DNA of 38,236 nucleotides from Phycisphaerales bacterium (lineage in GTDB: Bacteria; Planctomycetota; Phycisphaerae; Phycisphaerales; SM1A02), in contig JBIIIL010000001.1 in the NCBI GenBank assembly GCA_044234825.1, positions 1 to 38,236 of the forward strand, given 5' to 3'. Under the pieces are notes generated by a model, which saw nothing but the letters and a program-made list of their open reading frames with translations, was not told the DNA's origin and ran no database searches. Shown one piece after another: positions 24,112 to 32,032 of the stretch; within the stretch, counting starts at the first letter, position 1, and each line of letters starts with the position of its first letter. The position numbers and the translations under genes were made by a program.

Positions 24112-25082
24112 GGACGACCTCCGCCGCGACCGCCCATGCCGCCGCGTCCGCCGCGACCGCCCATGCCGCCGCCGCCACCACCGCTCCCGAATCCGCGATC
24201 TCCGGTGAATCCCGCACCAGTGCCACCGGTTGCTCCCACGCCTCCGGGCGGGCCGAGCGTGCCCTGACCCGCGCCAGCACCGTCGGGTCCGCCAGCGCCT
24301 CCGCCACCGCCACCGCCACCGACTGGCGCCCCTCCCGGCCCTCCGGCAAGCCCTCCATCGGCGGCACCGGACGGCTGGGCGGATGGCTCCACCGGCACAT
24401 AGGGAGGCGGCACGCGATCGAGCGGCACAATGGTCGACAGGCTCAGCAGGTCGCGGGGATCCTCGAAGGGATCCTCGCCGTCAGGGCGACCAGTGCCGCT
24501 GATCGTGACGCGTACTGCCCATGGCATCCCTTCGATGTCGGAGTCCCACTCGTCCTGCCACGTCAAGCCGTCGTAGGCCTCGAGCTTGAGGCCGATGATG
24601 CCGGACATCATGGGTTCAGCCGTGCCTCCGCCGCGGTCGACGTCATCGGGCACCGCGTCGGTGCGCATCCAGAGCGCTGACCCGAGATCGTCCTCCTCGA
24701 CGCGGAGGTGAGTCTCCCACTCCTGGCCATCGCCGCTGTAGGTGCGCTCGCGCACGGGCTTGACCTTCGAGTTGAAGACAAGGAGCTCGTCGCGGTCGAG
24801 GTCGCCTACCGGCGCGCTGACCGTGTCGTCGAGGATCAGCAGCCGCGAGTCGAAGAGGTCGTCGCTGCGGATGGCGCCCTGAATCTCGCGGCGGATGCGG
24901 TCGAGCGCCATCGAAGTGCGCAGGTGCGACTCGAGGCGCACGCGCGACACGGTGCGTGTGCGCGCGAGCTGCGAGAGGCTGGCGCCGATCGCGCCGACGA
25001 CGATGGCGGCAACGAGGCCGGCGACCACAAGCTCCGCGAGCGTGAACCCGCGGCGCAGCCTGATGCGCGGACTACGGCGCAC
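24108..25082 (-). CDS. gspJ: GspJ-like minor pseudopilin with 100-aa Gly/RGG-rich C-terminal extension
   Basis: Prepilin-type N-terminus RRG|FTLAELVVAGLVAAIVVG. The core ends with the GspJ-like PWAVRVTISG. No ATG is available, so the start is set at GTG 25082 (TTG 25094 is an alternative). The stop overlaps the gspK ATG (ATGA). Confidence 0.7.
   Translation of the reverse strand: MRRSPRIRLRRGFTLAELVVAGLVAAIVVGAIGASLSQLARTRTVSRVRLESHLRTSMALDRIRREIQGAIRSDDLFDSRLLILDDTVSAPVGDLDRDELLVFNSKVKPVRERTYSGDGQEWETHLRVEEDDLGSALWMRTDAVPDDVDRGGGTAEPMMSGIIGLKLEAYDGLTWQDEWDSDIEGMPWAVRVTISGTGRPDGEDPFEDPRDLLSLSTIVPLDRVPPPYVPVEPSAQPSGAADGGLAGGPGGAPVGGGGGGGGAGGPDGAGAGQGTLGPPGGVGATGGTGAGFTGDRGFGSGGGGGGMGGRGGRGGMGGRGGGRP
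24121..24174 (-). repeat. 27-bp tandem direct repeat x2 inside the gspJ-like 3' end
   Basis: ccgccgcgaccgcccatgccgccgcgt followed by ccgccgcgaccgcccatgccgccgccg (25/27 identical). On the coding strand this encodes the GGMGGRGGR / GGMGGRGGG repeat. Confidence 0.9.
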
Positions 25083-25524
25083 CGCCGCCTCCAACGCGCT
25101 TGGCGGACCAGCGCTGCTCGCGGTCCACGGGCTCGGGCGGCGCCCGGTCGGGATTGGGCTCGTCAGTGGTGCGCGGCGCGAGGCGCGTCGCGCACCGGTA
25201 CTCGCGCCCGGTCGGGTCGCGCACGATCGCGAGCACGTCGCACGCATCGCCCGGATTGGCATCCTCGATGCGGACCTCGTACTCGAAGTCCTCCCACGGG
25301 TCAGGGCAGCGGCCGCTGGTGCCGTTGATCCGCGCGTAGTCGACAGGGCCGTCCACAAGCACCTGCCCGAGCAGGCCGTCGAGCAGAGCCGCTGCAGCGA
25401 CGGCGTGCTCTCCGCGCTGCTGGTCCGCGAGCGCCCGTGCCGCGACGGACACGACGGCGCTGAGGCCGATCGCGAGCACGATGCCCGCGATCACCACCTC
25501 AATGAGGGCAAATCCGCGCCGCAT
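25072..25524 (-). CDS. gspI: GspI-like minor pseudopilin
   Basis: 150 aa starting MRRG|FALIEVVIAGIVLAIGL (prepilin methylation motif). Size and position between H and J fit GspI. The ATG overlaps the gspH stop by 1 nt (TGATG). Confidence 0.7.
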   Translation of the reverse strand: MRRGFALIEVVIAGIVLAIGLSAVVSVAARALADQQRGEHAVAAAALLDGLLGQVLVDGPVDYARINGTSGRCPDPWEDFEYEVRIEDANPGDACDVLAIVRDPTGREYRCATRLAPRTTDEPNPDRAPPEPVDREQRWSAKRVGGGGAP

Positions 25525-26111
25525 CACCAGAACTCCCTGCCGCGACCGGTGCCTTCGAGGTCGATGGGCTCGCGCATCGGCGGAGCGGGGCGGTTGCTGT
25601 CGATGCGCACCGGCGTGATCGCGTTCGACTCCAGCACCAGCACCGTATCCATGTCGTCCCCCACAAGCCGGATCTCCACGCGCGGCCGTCCGCCACCCGG
25701 GATGCTCGCCACCATCCAGTCCACGGCCCCGATCGAGTCGCTGTCGACGATCACGTCCGCGATCTCGACTCCGCGCGGGAGCCGGAAGGGCATCGTCAGC
25801 GGATCCGGGATCCATTCGGGCGCCTCGGAGTCGCTGCCCTCGCCGAGCGTGCGCTGCATGACGGACAGGCCGATCTCGCCGGTATCCGGGTCCTGCAGCA
25901 TCGCCACCTGCTGGATGCCGGTCGACTCGCGCGTCGCGAAGGTCGACATCAGCGCCGTCACCTGCTCGATCGTCGACTCGTAGGACTGCGTCGAGGACCG
26001 GTTGAGGCGCGGCAGCAGGATCGCCGCGAGCACCGCGATCACCATCGCCGCGATGATCACCTCGATGAGCGTGAATGCTCGTTGTGGCGCTCGTCGCGGC
26101 AGGGCACGCAC
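25524..26111 (-). CDS. gspH: GspH-like minor pseudopilin
   Basis: 195 aa from a GTG start. The N-terminus is MRALPRRAPQRA|FTLIEVIIAAMVIAVLAAILLP. Position immediately after gspG. Confidence 0.7.
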   Translation of the reverse strand: MRALPRRAPQRAFTLIEVIIAAMVIAVLAAILLPRLNRSSTQSYESTIEQVTALMSTFATRESTGIQQVAMLQDPDTGEIGLSVMQRTLGEGSDSEAPEWIPDPLTMPFRLPRGVEIADVIVDSDSIGAVDWMVASIPGGGRPRVEIRLVGDDMDTVLVLESNAITPVRIDSNRPAPPMREPIDLEGTGRGREFW

Positions 26112-26120
26112 GGACCGGGA

Positions 26121-26627
26121 TCACTCCTCCCCGTTGGTGATGTCCTTCGCCTCGCCCTCGCCTCCCGGGGCGCCGTCGGCGCCATACGAGACGACATCGA
26201 AGTCGAAGTTCACCCGTCCGGGCACGACGATCGCGTACGGGTTGCCCCACGGGTCGTTGAGCGCGCCGCGGTTGGGCAGGTAGGGGTTGTCGCCCTCGGC
26301 GAGGACCTCGAGCTCGAAGTCATCAGGCAGTCGCGAGAACCCGTTCTCGGTCATGTAGAGGCGCACCTGCTGCGCGAGCGATGCGGACTCCGTGCGCGCG
26401 CGCTTGTCCTTGGCGCTGCCGATGAAGCGGGTGAGACGCGGCACGAAGATCGCGGCCATGATGGCGACGATGGTCACGGCGACGATCACCTCGATGAGGC
26501 TGAACGCGCGCCGCGCGCGGGCAAGGGCGCTGCGCGCGGGCTGTCGCGACGCGGCCCGCGGACCGGCGGCGCTGGGGCGGGCTGCGGAGGGAACTCGTGA
26601 TGCGTCGGATGCGGTGCTGAGGTTCAT
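26121..26627 (-). CDS. gspG: Type II secretion major pseudopilin GspG (41-aa leader)
   Basis: 168 aa. ...RARRA|FSLIEVIVAVTIVAIMAAIFVP is followed by the GspG-specific DPWGNPY and SYGADG blocks. ATG 26627 is the only ATG/GTG/TTG upstream of the cleavage motif in this frame. Confidence 0.9.
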   Translation of the reverse strand: MNLSTASDASRVPSAARPSAAGPRAASRQPARSALARARRAFSLIEVIVAVTIVAIMAAIFVPRLTRFIGSAKDKRARTESASLAQQVRLYMTENGFSRLPDDFELEVLAEGDNPYLPNRGALNDPWGNPYAIVVPGRVNFDFDVVSYGADGAPGGEGEAKDITNGEE

Positions 26628-26682
26628 GGCAGGGGTGGTCTCCGTGAGGGGGAACGCGCGTGGGTCGTCGTGATTGCGGCTG

Positions 26683-27972
26683 TCAGCCGCCCGCGAGGGA
26701 CTGCGCCTGCAGCAGGGGCAGCAGGATGCCCGCAAGGACGAATCCGGCCACCACCGCCATGATGCAGAGCAGCACCGGCGGCAAGGCCTTCGTGAACACC
26801 TTGAGGGAGCTGTTGACCTGCCGGTCGAAGGCGCCGGCAGCGTGCATGAGCATCGACTCGAGGCGCCCGGACTTCTCGCCGATCGCCACGATCTGCACCA
26901 GCAGCGGCGGGAAGAACCCCGACCGCTCGAGCGGGTCGGCAAGCGACGTGCCGGTCGTGACGCGCTCCTGCACCTGGTCGATCGCCGACATCATCGCGGC
27001 GTTCCCGAGCGTGTCGCGCACGACCCGCAGCGCCGACAGGATCGGGATGCCCGCGGAGACCAGCGTGCCGAGCGTGCGGGTGAAGCGGGCCACCGCGACG
27101 TCGCGCAGCAGGGTCCCCAGGAGGGGTATGCGCAGCAGCCACATGTCCACCAGCATCCGGTTCGCCGGACGGCGGATCCAGGTGCGGAAGCCGACGAGAG
27201 ACAGCACGGCGCCGACGATGACGGCCCACCACCAGTTGCCGAAGAAGTCGGCGACGCCAAGCAGCACGCGTGTGGGGAAGGGCAGCACGATGCCTGGGCG
27301 GTTGAGCGCGCCCTCCATCAGGCGCGGAAGCACGAACGTGACCAGCACGATGACGCTGGCCATGAGCAGCGTCAGCACGATGATCGGGTAGACCGTCGCA
27401 CCGACGATCTCGCGCCTCAGCTCCACCGCGCGGTCAAGCAGGTCTGCCAGCTGGTTGAGCACCTCATGCATGCGTCCCGAGGCGTCGGCCGCGCGGAACA
27501 TGCCGAGCACAAGGTCGTCGAAGGGCGGTCCGTACTCCTTCGCGGCCTGGTGCAGCGGCTTGCCCGCCTCCACCTGCTCGATCACGAAGTCGAGGATGAC
27601 CGGCAGGGCCTTCCCGTGCGCCTGGCGCCGCACGGTCTTGAGCGCCTGCATGAGCGGGAGGCCGGCCTCGATCGCGGTGCCGAGCTCGCGCACGAAGTTG
27701 GCCATCTCGGTGCGGCTGATCGTCGGCCTCGCCGAACTGCGTCCCCGGATCGCGTCGAGCGCCCGCGTTGCGCCAGCGGCCGCGGCGCCTGCAGCACTCG
27801 CGGCCTTTGCCGCGGCAGCGCCCGCTCCAGATCCGCCGATGGGCTCCACCATGACAGGGACGACGCCCTGCTGCTCGAGCTGGCGCATGGCGCTCGCGCG
27901 ATCGGTGGCCGACAGCGTGCCGGTCGCCACCGCGCCGCCCTGACCGAGTGCCTCGTACCTGAAGGTCTGCAT
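26683..27972 (-). CDS. gspF: Type II secretion inner-membrane platform protein GspF
   Basis: 429 aa. The N-terminus MQTFRYEALGQGGAVATGTLSA is typical of GspF. Two T2SSF repeats with three TM segments. Confidence 0.92.
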   Translation of the reverse strand: MQTFRYEALGQGGAVATGTLSATDRASAMRQLEQQGVVPVMVEPIGGSGAGAAAAKAASAAGAAAAGATRALDAIRGRSSARPTISRTEMANFVRELGTAIEAGLPLMQALKTVRRQAHGKALPVILDFVIEQVEAGKPLHQAAKEYGPPFDDLVLGMFRAADASGRMHEVLNQLADLLDRAVELRREIVGATVYPIIVLTLLMASVIVLVTFVLPRLMEGALNRPGIVLPFPTRVLLGVADFFGNWWWAVIVGAVLSLVGFRTWIRRPANRMLVDMWLLRIPLLGTLLRDVAVARFTRTLGTLVSAGIPILSALRVVRDTLGNAAMMSAIDQVQERVTTGTSLADPLERSGFFPPLLVQIVAIGEKSGRLESMLMHAAGAFDRQVNSSLKVFTKALPPVLLCIMAVVAGFVLAGILLPLLQAQSLAGG

Positions 27973-27994
27973 CGTTCAGCGACCTGGCCGGCTG

Positions 27995-29683
27995 TCAGCC
28001 GATCTCCTCGTCCACCTGCTGCGTGGCGCGCAGCACCTCGCTGATCGTGGTCGCCCCCTCGACGGCCTTGCGCACGCCATCCGCGCGCATCGTCACGAAG
28101 TCGGCGCCAAGCAGCGTGCGGAGCTCGTTGATCGGCCTGCCCTGGGCTATGGCGGTGCGCAGCGTGGGCGAGACCCGCACGAGCTCGAAGAATCCCATGC
28201 GGCCCTTGAATCCCTGGCTGTTGCACTCGTCGCATCCGCCCGGGCCCCACGCGCCCGCGGTGAAGAGCGACGCCTCCTCTGGCGTGAGCCGCGCGCGCAT
28301 GTCGTCGGCAAGCGGGATTCGCTTGCGGCAGAACGGGCACAGGCGCCGGCCGAGGCGCTGCGCGAGGATGCCCTCGAGCACGCTCGCCACGAGGTACGGC
28401 TCCGCGCCCATGTCCACCAGTCGCCCGACGGACGAGATCGAGTCGTTGGTGTGCAGGGTGCTGAGGATGAGGTGGCCCGTGAGGGCTGACCGGATGGCGA
28501 TGTCGACCGTCTCGTTGTCGCGGATCTCGCCCACGAGCACGACATCCGGGTCCTGGCGGAGGATCGCGCGCAGCCCGGTCGCGAAGGTCAGGCCGCGCTT
28601 GGGGTTCACGGGAATCTGGTTGATCCCGTTGAGCTCGTACTCGACGGGATCCTCGATGGTGATGATCTTCTTGCGCGGGTCGTAGAGCTTCGACAGCGCC
28701 GCGTACAGCGTCGTGGTCTTTCCCGATCCCGTCGGTCCCGTCACCAGCACCAGGCCGTGCGGCTTCTCGATGAGGCGGTCCATCTGGGCGCGGTGCACCT
28801 CGCCCATGCCGAGGCTCACGAGGTCAAGGCGCAGGTTGCTCTTGTCGAGGATTCGCATCACGACGCTCTCGCCGTAGATGGTGGGCACCGTCGACACGCG
28901 GATGTCGACCTTGCGGCCCTCGAAGCGCAGCGTGATGTGGCCGTCCTGCGGCACGTAGCGCTCCGCGATGTTCATGTGCGCCATGATCTTGATGCGCCCG
29001 ATGATCGCGGCCTGCAGGTGCTTGGGCGGCTGCGGCTGCTCGAGCAGCACGCCGTCCACGCGGTACTTCACCTTGAGGTCGCTCTCGAAGGGCTCGACGT
29101 GGATGTCGCTGGTGCGGCTCTGGATCGCCTCGAGGATGAGCAGGTTCACCAGGTTGACCAGCGTCGGCTGCTCGGCCATCCGGTGCACGTCAGCAGCATC
29201 AATCGCGTCGAGGTTGTGCTCGGGCTCTCCGGCGGCCTGCTCGCCCTGGCCCGCGAGGCTCTCGGCGATGCGCGCTGCGGTGGTCCCGTAGGCGCGCCGC
29301 ATGAGGTCGCCGAAGACATCGGCCTCCATGCCGACGCGCGTGACCGGCCGGCTCGTGAGCGCAGCGACCTCGTCAGCCGCCGACACGTCGAGCGGATCCA
29401 TCATCGCCACCACGAGGCGGCCGCGGTCCACGCGGAGCGGCACGGCCCGCAGCCGGACGGCAACATCGGCGGCCAGCAGGGCCGCCGCGTCGGCCTCCAT
29501 CTCGGGGGCCTTGTCATGCCACACGATGCCCAGCAGCGCGCAGCGCTCGCGCATCCGCGGGTCCGCTGCACCCCGTGCGGGGGCTGCCGCATTCGGGGCC
29601 ACCAGCTCGGTGGCGTCCGCCGTCGACGCGCGCGCAGCGTCACCGCTGCGTTCGGCAATGCCTGACTCGGGGAGTTCGCTCAT
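27995..29683 (-). CDS. gspE: Type II secretion ATPase GspE
   Basis: 562 aa from ATG 29683. It has the T2SSE N-domain, Walker A GPTGSGKTTT, the Asp/His boxes and the tetra-Cys motif CPFC...CDEC, which is characteristic of GspE. The 92-aa upstream extension in the track is Arg/Pro-rich and is rejected. Confidence 0.92.
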   Translation of the reverse strand: MSELPESGIAERSGDAARASTADATELVAPNAAAPARGAADPRMRERCALLGIVWHDKAPEMEADAAALLAADVAVRLRAVPLRVDRGRLVVAMMDPLDVSAADEVAALTSRPVTRVGMEADVFGDLMRRAYGTTAARIAESLAGQGEQAAGEPEHNLDAIDAADVHRMAEQPTLVNLVNLLILEAIQSRTSDIHVEPFESDLKVKYRVDGVLLEQPQPPKHLQAAIIGRIKIMAHMNIAERYVPQDGHITLRFEGRKVDIRVSTVPTIYGESVVMRILDKSNLRLDLVSLGMGEVHRAQMDRLIEKPHGLVLVTGPTGSGKTTTLYAALSKLYDPRKKIITIEDPVEYELNGINQIPVNPKRGLTFATGLRAILRQDPDVVLVGEIRDNETVDIAIRSALTGHLILSTLHTNDSISSVGRLVDMGAEPYLVASVLEGILAQRLGRRLCPFCRKRIPLADDMRARLTPEEASLFTAGAWGPGGCDECNSQGFKGRMGFFELVRVSPTLRTAIAQGRPINELRTLLGADFVTMRADGVRKAVEGATTISEVLRATQQVDEEIG

Positions 29684-29747
29684 GGCCAGTCGTTCGTGTG
29701 CGTGGGCCGGATGGCGTGGTTGCCGTGCGCTGGGAGGTGTTGCGCGT

Positions 29748-31097
29748 TCACTCGGCGCCTGACGGCGACATCGGGCGACCAGGCTCCGCGCTCGGAGGAT
29801 TGTCCTTTGAGGATTCGCGCAGCCCGCCCTTGCCACGGACTGACCGGTCGGCTGACGACTTGCCGATCTTCTCCCGGTCGGAACCCTCCTTGGACGCACC
29901 CGCTGCCGCGGCACGCTCTGCCTTGGCCTTCTCGGCGCCGCCAGGCAGCTGCTGGGCAAGCTCCGGGCCGACCACCTTCGACACGTCTTCGCGTGCCTTC
30001 TCGTTCATGCGCTCGCGCTCGTCGCGGAAGGCGCGGTACGGATCCGGATCGGGCTTCGCGATGTCACCACTCGCTGCAGCCATGCGGAGCCTCACGTCCG
30101 CGAGCTGCAGCTTCGGCTCGTGACTCCGCATCCCTGCGGCCCAGCGGTTCTCGAGGTCGGCATGGGCCACGACGTAGGCGGCCTCGATCCCGTCGATCGC
30201 AGACACCTGCTCTGCCGACAGGCCCGGCAGCGCGCGCGCTGCGGCGAAGTAGGGGATCAGCGGACTGGGGCGGTAGGCCTGGGGGTAGGCGGCACGAAGC
30301 GCACGCTCCTTGAAGTCCGTGCCGGCGGGCCCGAGCGACGCGGCAATCGCGTCGATGTAGCGGTCCTGCACGTCCCTGAGCGCAACGCGCCTCGAGACGA
30401 TCGCTTCGAGCTGCGTCAGTCCCTTGCCCCAGTCCTGCGCCACCATCGCCTCCTGGATGATCGGCTGCGACTGCGCGAGCTGCGATGCGCGGGCGCGCAG
30501 CGCGTCATCGAGCGCCACCGAGTACTCCTCGACCACCGCCTTGGCCCGGTCGTTCTGCGCGCCCTCAGGATTCGATTCGCGCGCGAGAACGATCAGGTTG
30601 ACGGACTCGCCGGACAGGACGCCGCGCGGGAGCTCCTTCTCGCGAAGCATCGCACGCTCGAGCGCATCCCAGCGCGCCGCCTGCGATTCCGAGAGCTGTC
30701 CGCGAAGGTTGTCGAGGAAGCGCTGGCGCAGCATCGCCTTCTCGCGCGTCCACTCGCCGATCGGGCCCATGATGATGCCCATCGCGTTGCGGTCGCCGCT
30801 GGCCTTGATCTCCTCGCCCTTCGCCTTGAGCTTGTCCTTCAGTCCATCGACGCCCACCCGGAAGTCGTTCTGGTAGTCGTTGAGCAGGCTCTCGAGGATC
30901 GTGCGCTGCCACTCCTCGAGCTCGAGAGTCTCGACGATCAGGTCCATGTCTCGCGCAAGGAAGTCGGCCTGGAAGGCCTCCGTGAAGCCGGCGCTCTGGC
31001 CGAGCTGCGGTGAGGCGACCGCAGTCATGGTCGGAAGTGACGTCGACGCAGCCGCAAGGGCCACGAGGGGCGCAGCGAAACGTGAGAATCGGTTCAT
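29748..31097 (-). CDS. Secreted all-helical protein with LSxxQ (LTXXQ/CpxP-Spy-like) repeats and a basic disordered tail; first gene of the T2SS operon
   Basis: 449 aa from ATG 31097. The Sec signal is MNRFSRFAAPLVALAAASTSLPTMTAVA|SP. Motifs include LSESQAARWDAL, LSAEQVSAIDGI and LELEEWQRTIL. It lies 64 nt upstream of gspE on the same strand. Confidence 0.6.
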   Translation of the reverse strand: MNRFSRFAAPLVALAAASTSLPTMTAVASPQLGQSAGFTEAFQADFLARDMDLIVETLELEEWQRTILESLLNDYQNDFRVGVDGLKDKLKAKGEEIKASGDRNAMGIIMGPIGEWTREKAMLRQRFLDNLRGQLSESQAARWDALERAMLREKELPRGVLSGESVNLIVLARESNPEGAQNDRAKAVVEEYSVALDDALRARASQLAQSQPIIQEAMVAQDWGKGLTQLEAIVSRRVALRDVQDRYIDAIAASLGPAGTDFKERALRAAYPQAYRPSPLIPYFAAARALPGLSAEQVSAIDGIEAAYVVAHADLENRWAAGMRSHEPKLQLADVRLRMAAASGDIAKPDPDPYRAFRDERERMNEKAREDVSKVVGPELAQQLPGGAEKAKAERAAAAGASKEGSDREKIGKSSADRSVRGKGGLRESSKDNPPSAEPGRPMSPSGAE

Positions 31098-31280
31098 GGC
31101 AGTGGTGGTGGAACGTGCGAGTGCGCGCCGTATGTCCGGCGGCGTTGCGGATGACTCCGAGTCACTTCGGACATTTTCGCATTCAGGTTGTGCGGAATCG
31201 GTGGAGCCACGATCAAGAGCGCCACACGGGCGAGACGCCACGACGCGAACCCGAATGGAGTCCTATAACAGGTCGAGAAA

Positions 31281-31295
31281 GAGGGTGCTGCCCTC
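31281..31295 (-). terminator. Weak terminator-like hairpin 6 nt after scoA stop
   Basis: The minus strand reads GAGGG-CAGCA-CCCTC followed by TTTCT. The stem is only 5 bp. Confidence 0.3.
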
Positions 31296-31301
31296 GGTCA
31301 C

Positions 31302-32000
31302 TCACGTCCGAACAGTGCGCTGCTCGATGCGCTTCTCGGAGACGGTCTGGACGATCCGGTCCACGAAGATCCCGGGAGTGTGAATCTGGTCGGGGTCGAG
31401 CGCACCAGTCTCGACGATCTCCTCAACCTCGGCCACGCAGGCCGCACCGCACGTCGCCACCATCGGGTTGAAGTTGCGGGCGGTCTTGCGATACACGAGG
31501 TTGCCGGACCGGTCCGCCTTCCACGCCTTGACGAGCGACAGGTCGGTCCGAATCGCGCGCTCCATCACGTACGTCTCGCCGTCGAAGATCTCGTGGGGCT
31601 TCCCTTCGGCCACCACAGTGCCCACGCCGGTGCGGGTGTAGAAGGCGGGAATCCCCGCGCCTCCCGCCCGCATGCGTTCGGCCAGCGTGCCCTGCGGCGT
31701 GAACTCGAGCTCGAGCTCCCCCGACATGAACTGCCGCTCGAACTCGGCATTCTCGCCCACGTAGCTCGACACCATCCTGCGAACCTGGCGGGTCTGGAGA
31801 AGCAGGCCAAGTCCCCACCCGTCGACGCCGGCGTTGTTCGACACGCAGGTCAGCCCCGTGACTCCCGAGTCGCGAAGCGCGATGATCAGCTGCTCTGGGA
31901 TTCCGCACAACCCGAAGCCGCCGACCGCAATCGACATGTCGCTCTTCAGGAGACCCTGAAGCGCGGCCGCCGCCGAGGGATACACCTTCTGGATCGCCAT
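31302..32000 (-). CDS. scoA: 3-oxoacid CoA-transferase subunit A
   Basis: 232 aa. Motifs: [41 protein letters not shown] and [11 protein letters not shown]. Matches family I CoA-transferase subunit A over its full length. Confidence 0.9.
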   Translation of the reverse strand: MAIQKVYPSAAAALQGLLKSDMSIAVGGFGLCGIPEQLIIALRDSGVTGLTCVSNNAGVDGWGLGLLLQTRQVRRMVSSYVGENAEFERQFMSGELELEFTPQGTLAERMRAGGAGIPAFYTRTGVGTVVAEGKPHEIFDGETYVMERAIRTDLSLVKAWKADRSGNLVYRKTARNFNPMVATCGAACVAEVEEIVETGALDPDQIHTPGIFVDRIVQTVSEKRIEQRTVRT

Positions 32001-32008
32001 GGGCCCGA

Positions 32009-32014
32009 AGTCTA
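32009..32014 (-). promoter_or_regulatory. -10-like TAGACT, 8 nt upstream of scoA ATG
   Basis: The minus strand reads TAGACT-tcgggccc-ATG. It lies 19 nt after the sigma-factor stop. Confidence 0.35.
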
Positions 32015-32032
32015 CGCGCCCTGGCGCAGCGC

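Noticed and set aside
29684-29959. 92-aa upstream extension of gspE. Similar extensions exist for gspG (to 26942), the gspJ-like gene (to 25358), the gspI-like gene (to 26250), the LSxxQ protein (to 31241) and top6B (to 33843).
   Set aside because: The extensions are low-complexity Arg/Pro-rich, overlap neighbouring genes or promoters, and are not part of the conserved family N-termini. Internal starts give canonical N-termini (signal peptide, prepilin motif, T2SSE N-domain, SD-preceded ATG).
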